Below, piece after piece: positions 37,769-51,866 of a stretch of 64,000 bases of DNA. The stretch is from contig BCIN01000005.1 of the NCBI GenBank assembly GCA_039545335.1, positions 558,001 to 622,000 of the forward strand. The letters run 5' to 3'. The position numbers and the translations under genes were made by a program. Under the pieces are notes generated by a model, which saw nothing but the letters and a program-made list of their open reading frames with translations, did not search any database and had not been told where the DNA came from. Numbering within the stretch: the first letter of the stretch is position 1; each line of letters begins with the position of its first letter. The DNA is from Kondoa subrosea. Its lineage: Eukaryota.

Positions 37769-38477
37769 ATTGGATCAAGTCGTGAACAGTAGCCAAGAGA
37801 GAGAGAGAGAAGCGCAGGCAAGCGGCGGTATCCAGAAGAGTTGCGTTGCCATGACAACGAAGCTTGTCTTCGAACGCTTCATCTATTGCGTTTTCTCTTC
37901 TTGTTTGCGCGTAACACTGTCGTTTCAGGTATTTTCTGTGATCTGCAACAGCAGGCTGTCTGTCGAAGAGGATCTCGAGCCATACATGCATACAGGCTGT
38001 CGGCAGAATCTTTATATTTCCATTTGAATCTCCTGTTGCTGGAGTATACCATTCAATCTGGTCTCTCGGCTGTATATATTCAGAGATATAGGTCAGTAGT
38101 GCATATTCAATGTTCCCTCTTTATTCAATGGTGTTCCATTCATTGATGTCAAATCCCGGCGCTCCTCTTCGTATCTGCCTGCCTGTGATCGCTACCGTCT
38201 GTCTGCTTTTTTCGATGACTCTTTGCCTTCGCACCGCCTGTACCGACTCAGCTTGAAAATGACTTGATATCGCTTCTTGCTAATCGTCGCCGTTGGTTTC
38301 TGGGGAAGAACATGCTATTATCTTCCTGCTGAAGTTACCAAGCTATTGTGAGCTGGCGCAATTGGTATACTGCACAGCTTTGGACTCCGCCTTGAGCGAA
38401 TGACTTCGAGCTTTGAGTTGACTCTTCTTCTGGTCCATACTTTTTCATATCTTCCATCTTCTTTCATCATCAATATC

Positions 38478-38924
38478 ATGGCTCCTCTACCTAATCATTC
38501 GACTACTACTCATGCCCCCAATCCGTACGATACGGCTGCTAGCATCGCCACGCATGTCGCCAATGGAAAGACTTTCACGGAAGCAGCTGCTCATCATACT
38601 CAGACAGCTACTACTACCTCTCATCCAACCGTCACGCCCATTCATTACGCTGCCTCTCAAGTTCTCTATGCAGGTCACACTGCCACTTTTGACCAGGGAT
38701 TCTTTAAGCCTCATCCCGAGATCGACCCAGATCTTCGAAGCCACGACGGGCCACTGATGTTGGGCATCGCTGGCGCGGGCCTTGTAGGAATAGGACCAAC
38801 AGCCGCGACGATGTCAACTTATAAATGGAGGGAACGCGAACATCAGCTTGCGCGTAACCGTGCGCTCCTCTCAGGGGAGCTCTCTGTGTCATACGGTACT
38901 ACACGAACAACTGGAACTCATTAG
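38478..38924 (+). CDS. Hypothetical Thr/His-rich small protein with one hydrophobic segment
   Basis: Clean ORF after a pyrimidine-rich leader; LMLGIAGAGLVGIG segment. Confidence 0.5.
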   Translation: MAPLPNHSTTTHAPNPYDTAASIATHVANGKTFTEAAAHHTQTATTTSHPTVTPIHYAASQVLYAGHTATFDQGFFKPHPEIDPDLRSHDGPLMLGIAGAGLVGIGPTAATMSTYKWREREHQLARNRALLSGELSVSYGTTRTTGTH

Positions 38925-39049
38925 CCCTCAGATCATCCAGAACTAGTCCATCTTTGATTTATTGTAGTACATTTTTTTCGGTCTGCTTTACAACCCTTCT
39001 TTGACCCTACATGTTTCTCTCTTTCCCTTCATCTTTCGTCTTCTCATCT

Positions 39050-40372
39050 TCATTCTGGAACATACTCACTTTCAGCCGAGCTATCCCTCTGCGGTCCTCT
39101 AAACCCTTGATGTCTCTTTCTTCGTTTCTCAGCTTGCAAAGCTTCATTCACTTCAGCATCCCCATCACCTTCTTCTTCCTCCTCATCTTCTTCATCTTCA
39201 TCAGAAGGTGGAGTGGGTTCTCTCTTTTTAGGTGCTGCTTTAGTTCTTCTACTTCTCGGACTAGCTTGAATTTGAGGTTGTTGCTGCTGTTGCTGTTGTT
39301 GCTGAACTTGTTGTTTGAGTTGTTGAGCTGGTGGAGGAGGACCTCTAGAATTTGGTCGAGGTTGAGAAGAGAAGAAGCCCTGTCATCGGACATTGAGTAT
39401 ATATTTTACAAGGGGAAAAGGAAAGAGCTCACATCTAAATCATCCATAGTAACTGGATTGTGCGCACCATACGCTTCCATATCCATTCCCATAGCAGCTG
39501 GCATACCTCTAGCAGCAGAAGTGGAAGAAGTAGCTTGCAAGAAAACTTCCGTAGCTGAGTTTGCGTTGGAGTTAGGCATGTTGCGATTCAACCTTCTTGA
39601 AGGGCTAACGGCTGGAGGTAAACTGAGATGACCATTTTGAGCTAGGGCCATGTAATCTACAAAAGGAGGTCCACGAGTTGGATCCATTTGAAGTGGATAA
39701 TGAGGAATTGGCATGTAAGAGGCATAAGGAGGATAAGGCTGTTGAGGCATTGAAGTCGGAAGAACAGGTGGACCATAAGGTGCATAGTACTGCGGAAAGT
39801 GATTCTGACCATTTGACATGGCGGGTGGACGCTGAAGACCTTGAGAATGCATTGCTGGAAGACCAGAGTTGTTCCAGAAAGCTTCATAAGCTGCTGGATT
39901 TGCGCCTGGTGCGGTCATAGTAGGAGGTCTCATGGGAGGAGGAGCAGCGGGATTTCCTGCAACTGCTGATGTGCCATTGCCTTTCCTCATAGCAGCTGGA
40001 CTAGGTGGATCATCATCTCTTTGCCTTCGTTTGCCTAATGCGGTAGCACTAGGGGCTGGAGGAGCTTGTTCCTTCGAGACCTGAGCAGCTTTAGCGGCTT
40101 CTTGCTGTTGTGAAGAAGTAGCTGCGGCCGCCTGTTGCTGTTGCGACTTGACAGCAAGCGAATGTAGCTGTTCTACCTCATGTAGACTCTTGTCATGCAA
40201 GCCTTGTTCCACTTTGAAGCGAGCGAAATGAAGACGAAGGAAGAGCTTCAAGCAAAGGTCCATAAACGAATGTCAGAATAAAGAGCGGGGGATAGCTCAC
40301 ATTCGAGCTGACTTGGGCCATAGCCTGGCTCTGCCTAGGCTGAGAGTACTGCTGTTGCATGTTGTACTGCAT
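39050..40372 (-). CDS. Hypothetical Gln/Pro-rich, probably nuclear protein
   Basis: Three exons splice in frame; poly-Q and acidic tracts; basic KRRQR and KRRKRH clusters. Confidence 0.65.
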
Positions 40373-41331
40373 CTGGTCCTTTTGGCTGCTTCCAAAGGAA
40401 TTGGTTGCAAGTCAAGATTTACAGTGCTAAATTAAATTGACTGATGTGACAACTGTACAGTCGTGGATCTGATTTGAATGATCGCTACACTAGTTATACT
40501 ACTACTGTCACATGCTGTAGATCCGTATCCAGGGCGCGGAATACTAAAGACATTGCTAAACAAACCCACGACGGGTCGGAAAGTGCTGACAAATATCACC
40601 GCAAGGAACCTTACAATCCGACAGACCACGGAAGAAGGCTTCCATCAGCTCGGTCGACACCTGCCACTTGGTGCATGGTCTACCGACTGCGAAGTCAAAA
40701 GATGTATAACAAGTGATGCTCGGGTCAAGAATAGAAGATAGGAAAGCTGTTACAGCACTCGGAATATGATGCTCGCCAGAGCAGAGTGCAGCAAAAATGC
40801 ACAAGCGGAGCTGCATCTCGCCTCAAAGAGATCCAGCTGCAACAATACCACATAGAGAGATTCTGTCAAGGAGCAGTGGTATAATATGATAACGCAGCAA
40901 CAAGAGCAGAGAGTTCTCAGACACTGCTGTACTGCAAATAACAGCGCAGATCGTGCCAGGAGCGAGAGACATATTCGTCGAGCAGAATCAAGACGAATGC
41001 CAACGGAGATGCCAGAAGGGAACAGAAGAAGAGAGACACGCTTTCGCATGACGTGCCCAATGTAGGGTAGAGAACAGCATAGAGAAGCCAATCGACGCAT
41101 TGAGTTCAGGGCCATCGCCGGGCATATCTATCAGAAGCGATGGCTCAAGGCCGATGCCTCTCTTCTGATGGGAAGGCAGCTTATTCTGTCAGCTAGAAGC
41201 AACGACATACGGCTTGCCCGAGCACCTTCAGCCTGCAAGATATGATACATTCGTAGCCGCTTTTCATTGCTTGAATCTGCTGCTTTTCTTCTGTCCAATA
41301 CCAGCTACCGTAGCTCACTTGTAGTCCAGTC

Positions 41332-42882
41332 ATGCGTAATTTAGGTGAGTGCCATAATTTCCAGGGCGAGTTGCTGTTGAGCCGTCGCACCAGGTCCAGC
41401 TTTTGAGCGTTACTCGTGGTCTAGAACTCTTGTTGGCTTTCCTTCCTTGGTCACGCTTGCTGTAGCAGTCAAAGATTCGCCTGCTCTTCGTCAAAGCATC
41501 GCAGACCGAGTCGTCGCCGTTGCAGAAGCTTATCCTCTGTTGAAATGTCGAATCGTCGATGGGCGTACTCGCCAGCCTCGGTTGGAAGCCTTCAGAGAGC
41601 AAGACATCGAGTTTATCATTCACGATGTCAAGAAGCCGGCAGCTATTAGCGAAATCTTCGTCCTGGAAAGCCGCATCAAGCGCGACTATGAGTCAGAACA
41701 CCTTTGGAACCTCAGCTACTATCCCCATGCGGATGACAAGACTCTTATTTGGATCACTCTAAGCGTACATCATTCACTTACAGATGGCAAAGGCCTGTTG
41801 AACTTGCTTCAAGCACTTCTCTCGGATTCACCTCTGCCTGTCACTCCGTGTGTCTCTCCTACTCTAGAGCAGGTCAGTGTCTTGCTCTCGTTTCAGGCTC
41901 GTACCGATGTTTCAAGTAGCTCTTCGATGTTAGACCTAGCTATCTGACTCTAGCCAAAGCGGTCTTCGAAACTTTCATTGCTCCTCACTTACCGTCTTTC
42001 CTCTTACCCAAGCCTGTCGCTCGGTGGCCAATTATAGCGAACGAGAGACCTGCTACCTGTCCAGTTGCTGTTCGAGTGTTCAACATTCCTGCATCGGTCT
42101 TACAAGCAGCGAAGCAACAAGCCAAATCTCGCTCAAATATCAAGACACTCGTAAGTATACAATAGCCCTATTCGTATTCTTCTTACCACGAGTACAGCAA
42201 CCTATCCTATTCGCCGCAACCCATCTCAGTCTCGCTCATGCAATCAACCATTCTTCAAGCACACCTCTCCTAATCACCGGTTCTACACCAGTATCTAAAC
42301 GTCCTTCTTCCGTTCAAATCACAGGCAACTTCTTCGCTACAGTCCGAACCAACCTCACTCTCTCTTCCTCCACACCGATTCCAGATCTTTGGATTCTAGC
42401 AGCTCAACATCGACATGATTTAGATAACACAACCGAAACTCAATCACTCGAATCATTCGGACTATTAGCTTACGTACCTGATTCACCTACTTTTACTTCA
42501 AAGACGAATGAGAATTACGGAACGCAATGGGAAGAGTTCTTTGGTTCGAAATTGGACAAAGAGAATTCTTTTACCGGGTCTTTTGAGATGTCCAATTTGG
42601 GTATGATCTTGGGTGAAGCAGGGACGAAAGTGGAAGAAGCCTATTTTTCTCAAAATCCAAACCCGGGTGAAGAAGTGAGTTGTTTCTTTCATACCTGTAA
42701 GGGAACAACGAGAACTGATAAGTTGAGATGTTTAGGCAATGCATATCAATATGATCAGCTCAAAGAACGGTTTAGGCATCACCATCAGTTACAGAGAAGG
42801 TGCACTTGATGAAAGCTTGCTCGATAGAATGATTGAACGGTATCAAGAGCTAATGACCGAGGTTGCTGAGCAGAGCAAGTGA
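41332..42882 (+). CDS. Alcohol acetyltransferase / condensation-fold CoA-dependent acyltransferase
   Basis: HHSLTDG (HHxxxDG) motif, AYPLL and C-terminal SFEMSNLG...AYFSQ. Confidence 0.8.
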
Positions 42883-43153
42883 TCACCATCACTTGATAAA
42901 GCAGGACCGACAAGGACAGGAGTCAAGAGGATCTTGGTAAGCCAGAGCAGGAGCATAGAGCAATACAGAATTAGTAGATGTAGACCTAATAGAAAATTTC
43001 AACAGAGAAGTCGCTTTACATAGACCGAGAGAGGGAAAGAACAACAAAACAACAGGCTATGCACAGCATGAAATTTGTGCGTGTCCTGAACTCTTGCTAA
43101 ATGAATGCTACCATACAAAGGTCTCGATGGGAAAAATAGAAAGAAAAGTGTCC

Positions 43154-44650
43154 TTATTCGCTCTGCGAGATCCACCATTGCCCAACTTTCAAACGGTTCG
43201 ATCAGTAACCATTTCACATTTTGCCGTAAGACAGGGACTCACTTTCAGTCAATTGATTGTTATCGTCCACAAAACGTCCATTCGATGACGCATACCCATC
43301 AGGGTTCTTGCTCCAAGCACCAAACCAAGCAATGAGCGTTACGTAATCCAATCCTTCTACGAAAGCAGTTGCATCTTTTGCGAACTGCAAGACTTGTTGC
43401 GTTGATCCTCCAGATGAAGCAGTAACGGAGTATTCAGTCTGTACGTTACACCAGTAGGCTTCATCAGCGACGAGAACCTGAAAAGGGACTGCACCAACGC
43501 ACGATCCACATTTCAGGTGCATAAGACTTGAAGGCGTCCCAGAAGGAAGTGACTGCGTTCTGGAAGTCTCGAGGCTTGTTGACGTCGCCATACCTGTAAT
43601 TCACTAATTTCACCCAGCTGTACAAAGCTGGAGCAAATCGGTGACTCACCAGTGCATTCCGATAGCGTCGAAAGTGCAGCCATCACAAGCGTCAAAGAAC
43701 TGACGGCAAAATGTAAGCTCTCTCAACACCAGAAAGAGGAACAGGCAAACGCACAGATTGATACCAAGTATGGTCCCAACTCAGTTGCGGCGCAGCCAAT
43801 TTGACACCTTTTGCAGCGTAAGGCTGAATGTATTGCTTCCACATTGCAGCCGCTTCTTGAGGGTTCATGTTTGCTTGCATCGAAAGATCAGGTTCGTTAA
43901 CTGAATATATGTAAAGATCAGCAAGATATGCAATTAGATTGATTCAAATAAGCTCACAGCCAATGATCCATTCTGGTAGATTGCCATCTGAATAGCTGTT
44001 CATAACATCCAAGAACATGTTCAGCTTCGTTTTGCCCTGAAAACGCCAAGGTATCAAGAGATGCTGGCAGGTACATGAAAGAACGCCGGTCTTACCCAAA
44101 GCATAGGCTTGTATTGCATCTTGTTTTGTAATCCAGCAACTTGATCATTCTCCCAGCTGCAGTTAACGTTAGCAAATTGACTTGCATTCAATTTCAAAAG
44201 GCACAGAGACTGACTGGTAATAATTCGTAATAGGCGAGTTCGTAAATAAAATAGCAAGACTGTCATCCATAGCCCAAGCCAACGACCTATGAAAGTTTAT
44301 TGTTGTCTGAGCGCGTCGCACACAAAAGCTATTTATAAAGATTCTTGCACGAACCTTCCCAGGCCAGAGGTGGACTTCTGATCTCCTAGCACAGAGCTGA
44401 CAGTCTTGTTCACAGTAGAACCAACAACGTTGCCGAGGTTGACATTCACATTGCCAACAGGTGATGTAGAAGAGGAACCCGAGTTGCTGCCAGAAGAGCA
44501 TTTGCCCCGACGGACATGGCGTATGTGATGCCTACGCGAGGAAGGTTCGTAGTCTGATCGTTTTCGTAGAATCTGTGAGTCTTGTGAAGGTGTAGCCAGT
44601 ACAGAAAGTCCGAAAATAGCGAGAAATGCTAAACAAGAAGAATGGACCAT
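43154..44650 (-). CDS. Secreted GH128-type beta-1,3-glucanase (ASL1-like)
   Basis: Signal peptide; YKPMLW, NEPD acid/base motif, AAAMWKQYIQP, HWYG and MWI-TEY. Confidence 0.8.
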
Positions 44651-44878
44651 TTTGAAGAGAAGTGAGTCAGTGAGATATGTGGAAAGGAAAGAGGTCAGTC
44701 AGATATAGAAGAGACTTTCGAACCAGCGAAAGTAGTGAAAGAGAATGTGATGGTTGAAGACAAGCAGTTTTTGTGAAAGTCAGCAAACGTCAAACGCGCG
44801 GACCTTCTGAAAGAACGAACGCGGTCCCTTTGTACAATAGACCTTACATTCGCATGCTATTATTACTCGTAATACACA

Positions 44879-47800
44879 TCACCTTCTACCTCTATTCGAC
44901 CAACCATTGTCCCTAGGCAAACGCGACTCATCAAACGACCTTCTTCCTCCTCCTCCTCGACCACCTCTCGAATCTCTTGAATCTCTTCGATAATCATCGT
45001 CGTAATCATCTCTGTATCCTCCTCTCCCACGAGAAGGTCCACTCCTTCTAGGTGGAGGTGATCTTGATCTAGATCGATTTCTAGGTGGTGGTCCTCTTCT
45101 GTCCCAATCTCCATCTCTTCCTCTGTCATCATATCGTTGCTGAGGATACGAATTTCCCGAAGGAAGAGGAGGACCAAAGCCGTTGTTTGTTGTATTAGAA
45201 GGAGGGGGACCACCTGGAACAGCAGCTAAAAGCGTTTGCAACAAATTAGGATCTGCAGCCAGGTTCTGCATCAGGCTAGGAGTAGAGTTCAACGCTGGCA
45301 TTAAGTTAGGGTTATTCATAATCCCGGCTGCTGCTTGATTGTTTGTCGAAAACAGATTTTGCAAGGCTGCAGGAGAAGATAAAAGACCTTGCAGAGCAGC
45401 TGGATCGATCAAGGAGAAATCAGGTAATGGAGGAGGAGCGGTCGTAGCAGCTGGACCAGTCGGCACACCAGAGAAAGCTGCTGGACCGGTAGGAATGAAT
45501 TGCTGCTGTGGTGTAGGTTGAGGAACAGGTTGCGGAATTGCTGGTGCTGCTGTTGGAAGAAGAGGGATTCCGCCAGATGGAACAGCTCCTTTGACCATCA
45601 CCATAACAGTCAACAAGAGATCAAGATCTCTTTCACCAGATTCGCCTAGAGCATGTTGATCCAACAATTCAATGTATTCAGGCAATGGATCTTTCGCCAG
45701 GAGAGGGACGACATAGATGTCCTTGACTATTTTCTTGAGTTGTTCAGAAGGAGGGCAAACACCAACTCGCTGTTTAGTAGCTAAATACTGAATAAGATGA
45801 TTCTGCTTCGCTGTGGCCGCTTCTCCAGAAGGTTTGTCTGATCGTTGTGGTGTTGGACCTCCTAGGTCTGGTAAACAGGCAATAACAACTAACTCCCTAG
45901 TCGGCGCAAAAGCGCATTGAATCAGATAATCCGAAGCCGTTTTCGAGCCTAGGCGACCTTCCATAAACATCTGTGGTGGTAGAATACTTCGCCAAGTAGC
46001 CGGATTATCACCAAGAGCACGGCCAGCCACTTGAACAGCAATAGATGGATAGCCACCCTCATCTGGCATAAGGACATCTCCAGTCCAAACCGGTGCGAAA
46101 GATCGAATAAATTCTGATTTAGGAATAGATTTTATCACTGGTGGACTTCCGGGAGGTGTTGTGCTGACCACAGGCGGTTTAGAAGCGCCGCTGAGTAATT
46201 CTTCCAGTTCCATATCCACATCATCTCCAGTTGTGGCAGGTACATTAGCGAACGGATCGTACTCTTCATCTTCGTCATTTGCAGTCGCTGTAGCTTCTTC
46301 TTCAACTTTAGGGGTAGTTGGCGCTTTGAAAGATCCCCAAATTGATGCAAAGTCGAATCTGCTCTTGGTCGCTGGTGATTGAGCAGGTGCATCATTTGAT
46401 GTAGTGGGGGGTGTTCCATCTTCTTTGCCTGGTGCCGGAGTAGACGGTAAAGAAGTCGGTTCAGAGACAATCAGTTCGTCCAGCAAAGCGTTCTCTTCCG
46501 CACCAAGATCAGGTTCAGGGATGAAAATTGATGAAGACAAGCGTTGACTCGTACTTGGCCTACGTTGATGCTGAGGCGAACGATTGAAGTCATCCGGAGG
46601 AGGCATAGAAAGAGACGGTGATCGAGAACCATCAAATCCGTCGTTGAAGCCTTGTGGACTTTGAGGATCGATTTGCATAGCTGAAGTAGAGGCTCGCATG
46701 ACTGGTCGACTTTCTGTCTCTGTTCGACTGGAAGTGTCAGCAGTAGCGGCTTCTTCGACCAATTCTTCTCCTTTGTGAGTCTTACGAATTCGTGGAGCAG
46801 CATCGACTTGCTTGACACTATCCTTCAGACTCCTCGCTCTGACATTTTCTGCCATGGCACGCAATTCCGGTGTAAGGAGATCTTCCATTGACAGATTGAC
46901 TAATTGAGTAGGTTCAAGCTCGCCAGTACCAATCTTTAGACGTAAAGTCTCGTTTGTCTTTAAATTGTAGAGCAGAGATCGAAATTTGCCAAGGTACTTT
47001 GTTTTGGGTGCCTTTTCCCCGCGATCAAGTTCAGCATATTGCTCAAACAATTCGCTTTCGACAGTTGAAGAGAAGTCGAAAGAGCGCTGAGAAGGAGGAC
47101 CAGGTGGACCTGGAGCAAAGATGGCTTCCAATTGTTTGGCCAAAGTTTCGATGCAGGATTGACGAGTCCGATCTGATTGCGGTACTGATCCGCCTGAACT
47201 GTTCGTTCGACGATGTGAAGAAGAAGATGGTTTCTGCTCAAGAACTGTCAGCATCAGAACAATGGGATGATTACAAAGACATACCCTCTGTTTGGTCAAA
47301 CCCAATCTTTCTCGCCTATCTTCAGGCAATTCCGCATCTCCTTCACCAGTGTAATCATCATCTTCGTCTTCGCTACTACTCAGACCTTCTGCTTTCTTTT
47401 GCTTCTTCTTCTTCACAGCACTGGCTCGACTCGTAGTGGGTTTGGCTGGTGCCGCACGACGTTTCTTCTTCTGTTCAACAATTCGAACATGATCGTTTTC
47501 GGACTCGTTCATTCTGGTGTCCGATCCAGCACCTTCTTGGTCTGCGTAGTCTTCTTCTGGTTCATAGCCTTCGGGCAAGACTGTATGAAAAGAATTCAAT
47601 TAGTACTTTGGTCAATGAAGTGTAACATGTTCAGGGGAAAAGAGAAACAGGTGCAGCTACGGGATTGCTTGAGTAGCACGAATCACCTGTTCGCACGACT
47701 TATTGGCTAGAAGCTCATCCTCAGGAGCAGGCGAGAGCTATGTACTCGTTGCACATTGCTGCAGCCACAGGCATCGGTTGCTGAGATAGTACGCAAAACA

Positions 47801-48522
47801 TGCGTGCGGCGAGGGAAAGCGAGCATGCGATGGCTTAACAGATCTTTGCAAACACAAACATAACAGCTTGTATCTGGCAAAGAAATGTATCCAACCCTTT
47901 GCTTGCTTTTTGTATTCTAGTAGCTGCACCCTTCCAGACTCTTGCTGACACTAGCAGAAAATCTGCGCTAGCCATAACAATAGCCCCAAATTGGCGAAAG
48001 GGAAGCAAGGGGGAAAAAAAGCGAAGAAAAGAGGAGGAAGAAGCTAGAGCAGAGGACTTACACTGTGTAACTCCAGCACCAACTTCTGTGCATATCTCGC
48101 AGTAGTAGGCTTGAATCCTTCCTGCAGCATGTGGATCCATATCCATGCATCTGAAATGAAACCTGTAGATAACACCCATAAAAGTAAGCTGCCATATCAG
48201 CATACCAAGGGAAAGCAACCTACCAATTCTCGCAACCTTCGCATTGAATCATCGGAGTACCATCATCCGTTCCCAAACAAATACAATACAGCTTGTTGGC
48301 CGCAGGTCCATCTGTACCAGTTGCTGCATCTTCATTAACTGCATTGGAGGTCTTTGCCGTAGCGCTGCTTGCCTGGCTTGCCTTTTTCGATGATTTCGCA
48401 GCGGATTTTCTCTTAGTACTGCTGGAAGAGGCGGCAGGAGCAGACGATACTAAGATCGGTGCGTCTCGGGACAAGGCTATCTCCACTGCCTTGGATGAAG
48501 GCTTTCGCATTCGACTGCTCAT
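44879..48522 (-). CDS. BYE1: BYE1/DIDO-like chromatin factor (PHD finger + TFIIS-M + SPOC)
   Basis: LYCICLGTDDGTPMIQCEGCENWFHFRC PHD finger, KYLGKFRSLLYNLK TFIIS-M region, VWTG...MEGRL SPOC region. Confidence 0.85.
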
Positions 48523-48951
48523 ATTGCTGTTCTTGGGTTCCGAATTTGCAGGAATAAAAAGGTGGATGGGCTGGATAACGGAACAGGATACTTGGGAGCC
48601 CTGATAATAACGGCTCTCGTACTCTACTAAAGCTAGTATTGCTCGCCCTCTCAGATTAATATGAAAGGGAAAATGGTTTGGAAGAGACAACGCCTTCGGT
48701 TTTACATAAGGTGAAATTAATACTTCGGCGGCGAATGTCTATACACAGCTTTGCAGTGCGCTCTTTGGGATTGCAATGAACACATTGGCAGAGATCGCTC
48801 GACGAGCGAAATACATTATTAGGTTCACATCACTTTGACGTACAACTGCGATTGACTTTTTGAATTTATGCTAGAATGACGGTGCAACGAAATGAGCACC
48901 AAGATCCTGTGGCACGAAGGATTAGCCGAATGATGAGACTATGAGAAGAAG

Positions 48952-50314
48952 TCATACTATCTTCTGCCGCAAGCTGAAAAAGCAGTTAGCTGGGTTCCGG
49001 CTTGACAAGTAGCAAAAGTACCTGTTATAATGCTCTCCTAAGCCATACATATGACGATGATACCTGTTGACCCATGTTAACGATCAATTCCGGATAATCA
49101 GGAAATAACAGAGTACGAACGATAGTCGTAAAGGCAGTGCTTTGGCAAACTCTTCGTCGCCAATCTTAACAGTCTTGGTATGTGCTTGATATACATGAAC
49201 AGGTACTTTAAATGCTTTAGATGCCGCTATTATCTGTAGTGCAACGCGAAGATCAAGATTGGAAGTAGTCTTACTGCGTAAGCACCTACTTCTGGTTGAC
49301 CACCCCATTCCGTGGTCTTCTCTATCTTGTCACAGTACTCCGCGTATGCCTCTGTCAATCACGATTTATCATAAATTATAATTTGATATGTGACAAATGA
49401 CGACTGACCTGGAGATAACAATCCATCGTCCTCCGTACTTTCAGAGAGCAAGAAAGGTAAGAAGTCATCTGGGTGTTGTCGCATATGTTCTGCCACGTTG
49501 GTCCGCACTGTAGCATACGATTCCAGCTGCAACCGCGAATAAGTATAGTACCAGAGCGGGATGAGCTGTGAATCACTTCTCTATTGAATCGATGCGAGTT
49601 GATCTGATCCGCCAATGCCGCATACAAACTGTTCATCTCAATACTTAGGCAATGCCCTCCTCGAAGATGAGAAGGGGAAGCCCACCAATGACCATCTGGT
49701 GGTATCTCCCTCAGTTCAGCATGCAAGCTCTTGCAAATGCGCATCATCTCCGCATGTTCCTCTTCAGCCCAATCCGTATCTTTATTCTCCTGCAATTCCT
49801 TCCTCGCAGCCAGTTGCATATCGACAAACTCTTTCTCCCTCCGCTCTTTCCTCGCTTGCTGTCTACCTTTAGCTCTACTAGGTGAAAACAGATCTTTGAC
49901 TCCTTCCTTGATGGATTTCATGGAACTGGAAGATTTGGCTGAATTCTCAGAAACGACTGACACGGCGCTTGATTCTGTATTGGTCTTCTTCATTGAAGCA
50001 GGAGGTATAGAAGCAGTAGAAACGGTTTCTACTTGTCTAGAAGAAGCTTTATCGTTTGCCGCAGCTTCCTCGTCCCGTGCGTCCAATTGGGACAATAGCT
50101 GATCCGCGAGATCATCGACTTGGCCTTCATCTGCCGAAGTCAAAGGGACAGGTTCTGTTGTTGCTACTGTTCCATTGGGACGGGAAGGTGGTGGTGTAGC
50201 CTTCTTTTTAGCCTTTGTGATTTTCTTGCGATTGAACAAGGCGGCAGCTAAATTTCCAGGAGCTGAGGTTGCAGTTTTTGATCCTGCAGCAGATTGCGAA
50301 ATTGTAGTGGCCAT
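48952..50314 (-). CDS. OTU2: OTU-domain deubiquitinase (Otu2/OTUD6-like)
   Basis: EIPPDGHC-LYAALADQ, TTEWGGQPEV and LSYHRHMYGLGEHYNSLR. Confidence 0.88.
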
Positions 50315-50540
50315 GTGTCGAGAGGGATGAGAGCAGAGAGCAAAGAGCTGTTGAAGCTTTTTGCCAGCAAGGTTGAGATTCGGCAAGGTCAAAATCTGGA
50401 GAACATCATATGAGGAGGCGGTGACATTGACCTCGTCATTACCCTCGACAGCTTGATCATGACTCTGTTGAGGATTTGCTGGTGTTTTGCTGATTATAGT
50501 GCATGCTTCCACGAGCAACGGCTCAGGCGACAAGACTCGC

Positions 50541-51725
50541 ATGAACACTACTAGTCGACTCACTGCTCTGATTGACCGCCTGGGCAATTGCAGCTCTGAC
50601 CTTGATCTTCCTCTCTGCGTAACCTGTTCCACGCAAACCTCTTACACTGGCTCAGATCTCTCGTTGACTGCCTCGGACGCGGATTACAAATGTTTGATTT
50701 GCGCAGACCCACGGCAATACATGTAGGCAGGCTGAACTATGTAATACAGCTGCTTACGTAATTTGGGTCCAGCGGTATACAAGGTCAGAAATGGACGACT
50801 CTTCCTGCTCTGATATCTGACGAGAAGAACTACCATAATGAGTTCGAAGAATTGATTCCAAATCAGGTTTGGACAATCAGGACTCAGCCTTCCTTCGGAA
50901 TAGGTCAAAGAGCTTTTCTAATCAAAGATCCGTCTATGAATGGGTTGGTTATGTGGGATTGCATCGCTTTCTTGGACGATGACACTTTGGCAAAGATCGA
51001 CGAGATTTCAGAAGGCAGAGGAATAGCGCATCTGATTATCTCCCACCCTCACTACTTCTCAACCACATCGATATGGGCAGCAGCTTTCCCTGAAATGAAG
51101 CTGTGGATTGGAGGGAAAGACTTCCAGCCTTGGTATCAAAGAAGAGACGTTGTGGAAACTTATGATAATCTCTCCTCCTCTTCCTCTCCTTCCGCTTCTC
51201 AAATAGCCAAACAAGTCCATTTGGTTATGGAAGGACAGACTAAGCTTCATTCTTCCACCCCTGACTTTACAATCCTTAATTGTGGCGGCCACTTTCCTGC
51301 TTCGTTGGTCTTGCTTTGGCGAGACAATCTGTTCATAGCCGACACTATCCAAATTATTCCTTCTGGTATGTATCAATCTGAGAAGCCGCAGCGAGAAGGA
51401 GTGACTAGCGTGAGTTTTCTATGGAGGTGAATTCGATATCATACATCCCGCCAAGGCGTTGTAAGCTAATCTCGTTCTTGGCTAGCTATCCAAACCAAAT
51501 TCCTTTGAGCGCAAGTGAGGTAATAAAGGTTTGTAAACCCCTGGAGCAAGTAGACTTCAGCAAAGCTTTTGGCGCATTTCAGTGAGTCCTTCTGCGAACA
51601 GCATTAAGCGATCGGGTGTTATACGGATGATGCTCTGCAGCAATTACAACATATGGGCCCACGCGAAGGAGAAGATCTTGCAATCAAGAGACATAATAGT
51701 AGCAAGATTAAGGACGGAAGCCTGA
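50541..51725 (+). CDS. Metallo-beta-lactamase-fold hydrolase with N-terminal CxxC/CxxC
   Basis: CVTC...CLICADPRQY, FGIGQRAFLI, MWDC, ISHPHYF, GGHFPAS, FIADT and SYPNQIPL. Confidence 0.85.
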
Positions 51726-51866
51726 GCCACTATAGGAAGTAGAAAGCATTCTCGCATGAGGACACGTGAGACAGTGTAGGTGGTTGCGTAGAAGAAGTGA
51801 TATATTACGTGTCGATTAGATATGCGGATGCCCAACGAAGCTATGTACAGGATATCAAATCATACT

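Noticed and set aside
40432..41300. Short ORFs such as 40750-41115 (-) in the intergenic region
   Set aside because: Leu/Cys/Ser-rich translations typical of purine/pyrimidine-biased promoter DNA; no motifs or coherent splice path
43190..43210. GGTTCGATC tRNA T-loop-like motif
   Set aside because: No pairing T-stem or cloverleaf; it lies inside a GH128 intron
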